Shown here: positions 1 through 7,309 of the stretch, piece after piece
Layout: the number at the start of each line of letters is the position of its first letter
Numbering within the stretch: the stretch's first letter is position 1
NCBI GenBank assembly: GCA_035063585.1
Contig: JAPSGB010000025.1
Location: forward strand, 1-64,000
Reading direction: 5' to 3'
Source of the DNA: Polyangiaceae bacterium
GTDB taxonomy: Bacteria > Myxococcota_A > Polyangia > Polyangiales > Polyangiaceae
Length of the DNA stretch: 64,000 nt
Notes under the pieces: model-generated
What the model was told of the DNA's origin: nothing
What the model saw: only the letters and a program-made list of their open reading frames with translations
Databases searched by the model: none
Translations under genes and position numbers: made by a program

Positions 1-95
1 ACATGCACGAAGAAGACCGCGAGTTGCTCCTTCCGGCGTTCGACGAAGTGATCCGCGAGCATGAGTTCTTCCGCGAGGTTTACGGTGTCATCTAG
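1..95 (+). CDS. 3' end of an unidentified gene entering from the left (...MHEEDRELLLPAFDEVIREHEFFREVYGVI*)
   Basis: Frame 3 is open from base 3 to TAG at 93-95 with coding-like codon usage; function not recognisable. Confidence 0.45.
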   Translation, partial: MHEEDRELLLPAFDEVIREHEFFREVYGVI

Positions 96-3015
96 CCTAC
101 GAAATGAGGGGATGGCTCAGCCGTCACGCCGGCCAAGAAACCGGAGCCCGCGCTACCCGTCGAACCCAGCGCTCGCCCTGATCGCGAACCCGCGCTTCCG
201 CGTGATCGTCTCCAGTACGTGCAACGCGTCCTCCTCTTCGCTGTGCGCGCCGTACGTATGCGCCAGCGCGAGCGCGTGCGGCGCCACCTGCAACACCGAC
301 GCACAGTGCATCGGGTCGGCCTACTGCCGCGCGAGCGACTCGAGCTGTCAGCCGGACCAGTCGAACGGCAAGGCGTGCACGGCCGACTCGCAGTGCACGA
401 GCGGGCACTGCGCCGACGGGGTCTGCTGCGATCAGGCGTGCGGTGGGCTCTGCCAGGCCTGCACGGCGGCGCTCAAGGGGGCGGGCAACGACGGCGTGTG
501 CGGGAGCGTGGCGGCGGCGTCCGACCCGAAGAATCAGTGCCCCGACGACGGCGCGACGAGCTGCCAGCGCAACGGTATGTGTAACGGCGCCGGGGCCTGC
601 TCGCTGTATGCAAACAACACGGCGTGCGGGGAGACCACCTGCTCGGCGGGGACGCAGAAGGGTTACACGTGCGACGGGCTCGGCACGTGTAAGGCGTCGT
701 CGAGCTCGGAGTGCAGCCCGTACGTGTGCGGCGCGAAGGCGTGTGCGACGAGCTGCGCCGACGACGCGGGCTGCGTAGTGGGGTCGTATTGCCGCGCGGC
801 GGATGCGACGTGCCAGCCGGATCAGGCGCCTGGCGCGGCGTGCAGCTCGAGCTCGCAGTGCGCGTCGGGCAACTGCGTCGACGGCGTGTGCTGCGATGCG
901 CCGTGCTCGGGCGCGTGCCAGGCCTGCGCGGCGAGCAAGACCGGCGGGACCGACGGCGTCTGCGCCGCGGTGAAGTCGGCGACCGATCCGGACGAGGAGT
1001 GCCCTGACGAGGGGGCGAACTCCTGCAAGCGCGACGGGCTGTGCGACGGCATTGGCGCCTGCCGGCTCTACGCGAGCGGCACGGCGTGCGGGACGACGAC
1101 CTGCGCGTCGGGGACGCAGACGGGCTACGCGTGCAACGGCACCGGCTCGTGTCTCTCCGCGCAGACGAGCTCCTGCTCGCCGTACACGTGCAACGGCGGC
1201 TCGTGCGGCGTCTCGTGCGCGGACGATTCGAACTGCGTGGCGAGCGCGTTCTGCGACGGGACGAGCCACTGTACGACGGACCAGGACAACGGCGCGGCCT
1301 GTACCGGCGCCTCGCAGTGCAAGTCGGGCTTCTGCGTCGACGGCGTCTGCTGCGCGCAGGCGTGCGGTGGGGCCTGCATGGCGTGCAGCGCGGCGAAGAC
1401 GGGGGGCGCCGATGGCACGTGCGCAGCGGTGACGAAGGGGATCGATCCGGACAACGACTGCGCCGCCGATACGCCGAACACCTGCAAGCAGGACGGCGAG
1501 TGCAACGGCGCCGGCGCATGCGAGCTGTACCAGCTCGGCGTGCAGTGCGGCGCCGGGGTGTGCACGGGCGCGACGTTGACGGGGCAGCAGTGCGACGGCT
1601 TCGGGGTCTGCGCGAGCGGGCTGACCTCGAGCTGTCCGAACCTCTACACCTGCCAGGGGAACGCGTGCGGCAACTCGTGCGCGGATGACGCGGGCTGCGT
1701 CGCGACGGCGTATTGCGCGGGAGGGACGTGCGCGCCGCGCGGCGCAGCAGGGGCCGCGTGCAGCGCGGCGAACCAGTGCGCGACGGGGTTCTGCGTCGAG
1801 GGGGTGTGCTGCGATACCGCGTGCAACGGGACGTGCCAGGCGTGCACGGCTGCGACCAAGGCGTCCGGTGACGGCGACGGAACGTGCGGCGCCGCGAAGG
1901 TGGGGCTCGACCCGCACGACGACTGCCCGGACGACGGCGTGGCGAGCTGCCAGCGGGACGGCGCGTGCGACGGCGCGGGGGCGTGCCGCGTCTATGCGAG
2001 CGGCGTGGAGTGCCTGGCTGCGGACTGCGCCGGCAACGTGCCGACGACGCATGCGTGCAACGGGACCGGAACGTGCGTGGCGAAGGGGGCCGTCGACTGC
2101 AAGCCGAACGTGTGCACGGAGGGGGCCTGCGCGACGGCGTGTGCGACGGACGACGAGTGCGCGAGCGGCGCGTGGTGCGACGGGGGGTTCTGCAAGACGA
2201 AGGGGAAGAACGGCGACGCCTGCGCGGTGAAGGAGGCGTGTGCGAGCAACCTCTGCGTCGATGGCTACTGCTGCAATTCTGCCTGTCAGGGCCAGTGCTC
2301 TGCGTGCGATGCGCCGGGCACCGAGGGGACCTGTACGCCGATTGTCGGCAGGCCTCACGGAGCTCGCGCGGCGTGCGCGGCCGGTACGGCGGAGAACGTG
2401 TGCGCGACGGCGCAGTGCGATGGGACGAACGGGACGTCGTGCACGGGGTATGTCGGGTCGGACCAGACGTGTCGGGCGGCTAGCTGCGCGGACGGGGTCG
2501 AGACCCAACCGGAGCACTGCGACGGGAAGGGGTCTTGCCCGCCAGTTCGTCAGGCGAAGTGTGAGCCGTACGTCTGCGCCGGCGAGACGTGCGGCAAGGC
2601 GCCGTGCGCGAGCGACAAGGACTGCTCGGCGAAGTTCCGCTGCGACCCGTCGAAGCACGACTGCATCCCGCGTGACACGACGACGTGCAGCACCACGGAC
2701 GAGCACACGCAGAACAACCCCGACGGGACGACGACCGATTGCGCGCCGTACCGCTGCATCGGCAACGCGTGCAAGACCGACTGCAACTCGATCGACGACT
2801 GCGCGTCCCCGAACGTGTGTGACGGCACGAGCAAGTGCGTCGCGCCGACGAGCGACGTCGCGGCGGACGAGGAGGGAGGGTGCGGCTGCCGCGTGGCGGG
2901 GGAGCGTCGGGGTGAGCGTGGTGGGCGCGGCGCTGTGGTGCTCGCTGCGCTCGTGGCGCTCGCGTGGATGCGAAGGCGGTGGGCGGTGAGGAGCACGTTG
3001 AACCGAGCGCGGTGA
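61..3015 (+). CDS. Cysteine-rich repeat surface protein with C-terminal MYXO-CTERM-type sorting signal; probably 5'-truncated
   Basis: Tandem ~155-aa Cys-rich modules (C..SG.CVDGVCCD..C.G.CQAC...DP...CPDDG..SC.R.G.C.G.GAC); C-terminus GGCGCRV + hydrophobic stretch + RRR; no signal peptide, and the first ~50 codons do not resemble the rest. Confidence 0.8.
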   Translation: MSSSARFTVSSSLRNEGMAQPSRRPRNRSPRYPSNPALALIANPRFRVIVSSTCNASSSSLCAPYVCASASACGATCNTDAQCIGSAYCRASDSSCQPDQSNGKACTADSQCTSGHCADGVCCDQACGGLCQACTAALKGAGNDGVCGSVAAASDPKNQCPDDGATSCQRNGMCNGAGACSLYANNTACGETTCSAGTQKGYTCDGLGTCKASSSSECSPYVCGAKACATSCADDAGCVVGSYCRAADATCQPDQAPGAACSSSSQCASGNCVDGVCCDAPCSGACQACAASKTGGTDGVCAAVKSATDPDEECPDEGANSCKRDGLCDGIGACRLYASGTACGTTTCASGTQTGYACNGTGSCLSAQTSSCSPYTCNGGSCGVSCADDSNCVASAFCDGTSHCTTDQDNGAACTGASQCKSGFCVDGVCCAQACGGACMACSAAKTGGADGTCAAVTKGIDPDNDCAADTPNTCKQDGECNGAGACELYQLGVQCGAGVCTGATLTGQQCDGFGVCASGLTSSCPNLYTCQGNACGNSCADDAGCVATAYCAGGTCAPRGAAGAACSAANQCATGFCVEGVCCDTACNGTCQACTAATKASGDGDGTCGAAKVGLDPHDDCPDDGVASCQRDGACDGAGACRVYASGVECLAADCAGNVPTTHACNGTGTCVAKGAVDCKPNVCTEGACATACATDDECASGAWCDGGFCKTKGKNGDACAVKEACASNLCVDGYCCNSACQGQCSACDAPGTEGTCTPIVGRPHGARAACAAGTAENVCATAQCDGTNGTSCTGYVGSDQTCRAASCADGVETQPEHCDGKGSCPPVRQAKCEPYVCAGETCGKAPCASDKDCSAKFRCDPSKHDCIPRDTTTCSTTDEHTQNNPDGTTTDCAPYRCIGNACKTDCNSIDDCASPNVCDGTSKCVAPTSDVAADEEGGCGCRVAGERRGERGGRGAVVLAALVALAWMRRRWAVRSTLNRAR
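153..218 (-). pseudogene. Short 3'-terminal remnant of a minus-strand gene (VLETITRKRGFAIRASAGFDG*)
   Basis: 22 codons, nearly all G/C-ending, finishing in TAG; abuts the point where the Cys-rich plus-strand sequence begins. Confidence 0.3.
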
Positions 3016-3172
3016 GGCGCGCCTACGGCTGCGGCGAGGGTGACGACCCGCGCTTGCGACAGGCTCCTTCTTGCCCCTCGCCTAGCGGCATTCTGGCCCA
3101 TCGTGGCCGGCGGCGAGTGGCGATCACGACGGTGGTGAGCAGCACGAGGCCTTCACGCGCGGGGATGTCGAT

Positions 3173-3495
3173 AGGTCGAGGCGTGTTGCCGAGTTCCACA
3201 GTCCGGACGCGCTTGCTGAGCTGCTCGACATGGATTTCGAGGAGGCGGCCGAGCGTGCCCTCGCCCTCCCTCGTGACCACCCTCGTCTTCGCCCATCTCA
3301 GAAGGACGCCAACACCGCCGTCGAGCAGGCGGTGGCCGACCGGAAGCCGGACCTGCTCGTGGCGATGGCCACCGGGACCAGCAAGACCTTCACGCTGATG
3401 AGCCAGGCGTACAGGGTCATGAAGGCGGGAATCGCCAAGCGCATCCTGTTTCTGGTCGATCGGCGAGCCCGAGCAGCACAGGCAGCGCGGGACAC
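3173..3495 (+). pseudogene. hsdR: Internal fragment of type I restriction enzyme R subunit (HsdR, DEAD-box helicase start)
   Basis: RSRRVAEFHSPDALAELL...HPRLRPSQ...LLVAMATGTSKTFT...GIAKRILFLVDRRA follows the HsdR pattern LRPYQ / MATGTGKT / RILFLVDR; Walker A degenerate (GTSKT); only ~105 codons. Confidence 0.8.
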
Positions 3496-3584
3496 CGCTG
3501 CCTCGGCCGCCCGTGGACGACCCGCTCTGCGCAGGACTACCCTCGGCGGTGGTGGCGGTCGTGCAGCAACCTCTGGACCGCGGG

Positions 3585-3812
3585 AGCGGCGTTCATCTGG
3601 GCCACGCGCCGTCGATCGATCCTTGCCACGACAGAGTCCTTGAGGCTCAAGCGGCGGTGGTCCGCCGCGACCTGTCGATCCTCGAGGGGATCGTCCTCGA
3701 CCACGTCTCGGACGGCGTCTACACGCTCGCCGCGGCCCCGCTCAGGATCGTGGGCTCCGATGCCTCGCCGGTTCGAGCGGTCCTCCTCACCCATTCGGAA
3801 GCAAAGCCATGA
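3585..3812 (+). pseudogene. kynB: C-terminal fragment of cyclase-family protein / kynurenine formamidase
   Basis: PSIDP...ILEGIVLDHVSDGVYTLAAAPLRIVGSDASPVRAVL is the typical KynB/cyclase C-terminus; the N-terminal HxGTHxD metal motif is absent. Confidence 0.75.
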
Positions 3813-4483
3813 CCGTGCTCTCGTGCCCCGCCTGCCACACGCCGTTCGCCCCGGGCAACGTGAACCTCGAGCTCGGGATCGCCTCGTGCCTGACCTGCGG
3901 GAGCGTGCGGGAAATCGGCGCGCGCCGAGGAGCGTTGCAGCGCGGCGGCCGGTCCTCCGCGGACGCCACCGGCCTTACGGTCTCGGACGACGCCCCCTCG
4001 CCGATGGTGCGCTGGTCGTGGCGCGGCTGGCAGGTCCTGTTCCTGCTCGTGTGGTGCGTCATATGGAACAGCATCCTGTTTCAGACCGTAGGAACCGTGG
4101 TCGCGGAGGGCGCGATCCAGGTGCTGGCATTCGCCTCGATCCACATCGCGGTGGGCGTGGGGATGACGTACTTCCTCGTCGCCTCGATGTTCAACTCGAC
4201 GACGGTGTCGGTCGACGCGGAGGAGGTCTCGGTCCGGCACGGACCCCTCCCGTGGTGGGGCGGCCGGATCCTAGCGCGCGCGCAGATCCGGCAATTTTAC
4301 GTGATCGAGGTCCGGGGCTCCAAGGGACGCCGCACCTACGATGTGATGACGGAGCTGGACCGGGGTGACCGGACGAAGCTGGTCGGCGGCCTCACCCAGG
4401 GCCGCGCTCGGTTCCTGGAGGACTGGCTCGAGAGGCACACCGGGATCGCCGATCAGCCGGTAGACGGCGAGCATCCTTTCTGA
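3809..4483 (+). CDS. Hypothetical membrane protein with N-terminal CxxC-CxxC zinc ribbon and two TM helices
   Basis: CPACH...CLTCG; two hydrophobic segments; ATGA overlap with the kynB fragment stop. Confidence 0.75.
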   Translation: MTVLSCPACHTPFAPGNVNLELGIASCLTCGSVREIGARRGALQRGGRSSADATGLTVSDDAPSPMVRWSWRGWQVLFLLVWCVIWNSILFQTVGTVVAEGAIQVLAFASIHIAVGVGMTYFLVASMFNSTTVSVDAEEVSVRHGPLPWWGGRILARAQIRQFYVIEVRGSKGRRTYDVMTELDRGDRTKLVGGLTQGRARFLEDWLERHTGIADQPVDGEHPF

Positions 4484-4726
4484 AGCGCCCTCGCGCCCCG
4501 CTCCCCCACCCGTGCGCCCCCGCTGTGATCCTTCCCGTCCGTGTCGGTGGGCACGCCGTACGGAGGCTCGACGGCCATAGTGGTGACGCTGTCGTCGGTG
4601 CTGCTCGCCGACGTGTGATCTAACAGCGCCTGCGCCGGTGGCTGCGATGTGCGCAGCTTGGGGAGCTGCACGCCCATGGACGGCGGCAGCCCCGGCGCGG
4701 ACTGTTGCCCACCAGGTGAAGGTCGC

Positions 4727-5178
4727 GTGGAGGTGGTGTTCGCGCTCCACCAACGCCAGCTCGATCGCTTCGGTGGCGGCACCCGCATGTTCGACTCGAG
4801 GTCGAACACGAAGCTGGGGGCCACCAACGCCAGCTCGATCGCTTCGGTGGCGGCACGGGCCGGCGTGATCGTGGCCTCCTCGAGTCGGCGATCGCGCAAC
4901 CGCACGCGTCGTTCGGCGGCACGTTCGCGCACGATGGCCTGTTCGCGATGGCAGCGGCGCACCGGTTCCACCTCGTCTCGAACCATCCCTTCGTCGACGG
5001 CAACGAGCGCGCGGGGTCGCTCGCCGCGCAGGTCTTCCTCGATATGAACGGCGTGACTCTCGAGCACGACTCCGAGGCGCTCTACGCGCTGGCGGTGGGC
5101 GTTGCGGAGGGGCGTATCGACAAGCCCGCCGTCGCCGCCGAGCTCGAGCGCATCGCGCAGTCCAAGCCGGCAAGGTAG
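4727..5178 (+). pseudogene. doc: Death-on-curing (Doc/Fic) toxin pseudogene, frameshifted by a 74-bp insertion/duplication
   Basis: VEVVFALHQRQLDRFGGG...RDRGLLESAIAQP...NHPFVDGNERAG; deleting 4783-4856 restores a 125-codon Doc-sized ORF; the Lys of the NKR motif is replaced by Glu. Confidence 0.85.
4747..4856. repeat. Exact 36-bp direct repeat (CCACCAACGCCAGCTCGATCGCTTCGGTGGCGGCAC) at 4747-4782 and 4821-4856 separated by a unique 38-bp insert
   Basis: Read directly from the sequence; flanking bases differ on both sides, so the repeat is exactly 36 bp. Confidence 0.95.
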
Positions 5179-5705
5179 CCGCTCTCGGGTGGCGAGAGAT
5201 CGTCACTGGCGCGTCTCAGTCCTCGCGCCGAGCCCGCGCTTGCTCCACGAGATGCCGACGCTGCCCCTCGTTCCGGTCCCCGTCACCGCGATATCGTCAC
5301 GGCCTGGGGCGCCGATCCGACCTCCCGGACATCCGCGCAGACGACCGCCGCTCGGCGCGCTGCGCGGTCTACACCCGGCAGTCGGTCAGGCGCCCGGGCG
5401 ACGACTCCGCCGTCACGTGTGGTCGGGCCAGGCGGGGGAGGTTCACTCTCGCCGGCGCGACCTGACCGGTCGCCGACGAAGACGAAGCCCTCCGGGCGAC
5501 GCGCGGTGCGCGTCGTACTACGCCCGGAGCGTCCCAGCTGCCATGGCGGAGGCGGCGCGGCAAACCCGCTTCGAGCATGCTCTCCGTGGGCTCGCTCTGC
5601 CGAACGGTTACGGTTCGGTCGCATTCTCCGGCCATCTGGGTAGCCCACCGCAGCTTCATCTACCCCGACGCCTGATCGACACTCACGCCCTGTGACTTGG
5701 GTGCG

Positions 5706-7025
5706 TCACGCCTTGATCACGTTCCGCTGCTCGCCCCGGTAGACGCCGCGGCAGTCGATGACGAGCGGCGCGTGCTCCTTCACCGCACGGAAGTCGATGC
5801 TAGCGTGGTCGGTGACGATGATCACCGCGTCTCGGCTGGCCAGGAGCTCGGGGGTGAGCGCCACCGAGCTCATCTTCGGGTGAGCGGGCCACGAGCGCGT
5901 CTCCGGCAGCTCCGCGACATGGGGGTCATGGTACGAGAGCTCGGCGCCAAGCGCGACGAGCGCTCTCGCGATGGGGAACGCCGGGCTCTCGCGCGTGTCT
6001 CCGACGTCGCGCTTGTAGGCCACGCCGAGGATGAGAATGCGCGCGCCGCGGACGAGCGTGCCTCGAGCGTCGAGCGCGCTCTCCACCTTCTTCACCACGC
6101 GTGACGGCATGTCCCGGTTGATCTCTCCAGCGAGCTCGATGAACCGGGTCTCGAGCCCGTTCTCGCGCGCTTTCCAGGAGAGGTAGAACGGGTCGAGCGG
6201 GATGCAGTGTCCGCCCCAGCCCGGGCCCGGATCGAAGCGCATGAACCCGAACGGCTTGGTGCTCGCCGCGTCGAGCACCTCCCAGATGTCGATGCCCATC
6301 GGCTCGAAGACGACCTTCAGCTCGTTCATGAGCGCGATGTTCACGGCGCGAAACACATTCTCGGTGAGCTTGGTCGCCTCGGCGGTCGCCGCGTTCGATA
6401 CCCTCACGACGGCCGAGATCACCTGTGAGTAGAGCCGCTCGGCGAGCTCGGCGGCGTCCGTGTCGACGCCGCCCACCACCTTCGGGATGTTCGAGGTGTG
6501 AAAGCGGGGGTTTCCAGGATCCTCGCGCTCGGGAGAATAGGCGAGAAAGAAGTCGCGCCCGGAGGTGAGGCCCGACTCCTCGAGGAGCTGCCGCACCATC
6601 GTGTCGGTCGTGCCCGGATACGTCGTGGACTCGAGCACCACGAGCTGCCCGGGCCGAAGCGTGCGCGCGATCGCGCGAGTGGTCTCCGTCACATAGGAGA
6701 GGTCCGGCTCCCGCGCCTCGGTGAGCGGCGTCGGAACGCAGATCATGATGGCGTCGCATTCGCCGAGGCGGGAAAACTCCGTGGTCGCGCGAGCGCTCAT
6801 CTTCTCAACGGCAGCGCACACGCGCGCGCTCGGGATGTGACCGATGTAGGAGCGCCCATCATCGAGCGCGGCGACCTTGCGCGGATCCACGTCGAAGCCG
6901 AGCGCCACGAACCCGGACTCGGCGAACGCCAGCCAGAGCGGCAGCCCGATATAGCCGAGCCCGATGACCCCGACGGTCGCGTCGTGTCGCGCGAGCTTGT
7001 CGAGCAGCGTCTCTTTATGGCTCAT
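5706..7025 (-). CDS. Nucleotide-sugar dehydrogenase (UDP-N-acetyl-D-glucosamine 6-dehydrogenase, WbpA-like)
   Basis: GLGYIG Rossmann motif, ICVPTPL, LESTTYPGTT, YSPEREDPGN, GGHCIPLDP catalytic Cys, GVAYKRDVGDTRESPA. Confidence 0.92.
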   Translation of the reverse strand: MSHKETLLDKLARHDATVGVIGLGYIGLPLWLAFAESGFVALGFDVDPRKVAALDDGRSYIGHIPSARVCAAVEKMSARATTEFSRLGECDAIMICVPTPLTEAREPDLSYVTETTRAIARTLRPGQLVVLESTTYPGTTDTMVRQLLEESGLTSGRDFFLAYSPEREDPGNPRFHTSNIPKVVGGVDTDAAELAERLYSQVISAVVRVSNAATAEATKLTENVFRAVNIALMNELKVVFEPMGIDIWEVLDAASTKPFGFMRFDPGPGWGGHCIPLDPFYLSWKARENGLETRFIELAGEINRDMPSRVVKKVESALDARGTLVRGARILILGVAYKRDVGDTRESPAFPIARALVALGAELSYHDPHVAELPETRSWPAHPKMSSVALTPELLASRDAVIIVTDHASIDFRAVKEHAPLVIDCRGVYRGEQRNVIKA

Positions 7026-7281
7026 GGCTCTCGCTCGGGTGGGCTCGCTGGACGTCGAGCGTAGTCGAGCCCTCGGCGCCTGCGTGTCGACGCGAGTAGG
7101 CGAAGACCTGCGAGCGACCTCATCGACTCGAGCCGGAAGCGCGCCGCCTCGCGATCATCGTGCGGGTTGAGCCGAAGCTTGCCCGCAAGTCTTGCGCCGG
7201 TCGCCTCGGGCGATACGAGACCTGCGCCATCGGCGCGGATTTTACGCCGCGCGGAGCGAGCATTCACCTCAAATGTGAGCG

Positions 7282-7297
7282 TGGCACATGGGTTGCT
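7282..7297 (+). promoter_or_regulatory. Sigma-54 (-24/-12) promoter
   Basis: TGGCACATGGGTTGCT = GG-N10-GC, matching the TGGCAC-N5-TTGC consensus, 12 nt upstream of the CARDB gene ATG. Confidence 0.7.
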
Positions 7298-7309
7298 GGT
7301 GCGCCGACC

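Noticed and set aside
124..2706. 860-aa minus-strand ORF and the many other long Arg/Ala-rich antisense or alternate-frame ORFs
   Set aside because: Shadow ORFs caused by high GC and codon bias, overlapping genes with clear motifs.
3043..3536. Loose motif gacgacccgc...gcg.cagg at about 3043 and 3516 as cassette-boundary (attC-like) sites
   Set aside because: Only a 10-bp exact match, no attC dyad structure, no integrase, and not found at the other fragment junctions.
4520..4620. Minus-strand VEPPYGVP as a YG-motif radical-SAM substrate peptide
   Set aside because: A single motif in a decayed region, with no clear ORF boundaries and no radical SAM gene in the window.
4747..4856. Calling this a canonical CRISPR array
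   Set aside because: Only two repeats, the repeat is itself doc coding sequence, and there is no AT-rich leader or cas gene in the window; reported as a candidate ectopic integration instead.
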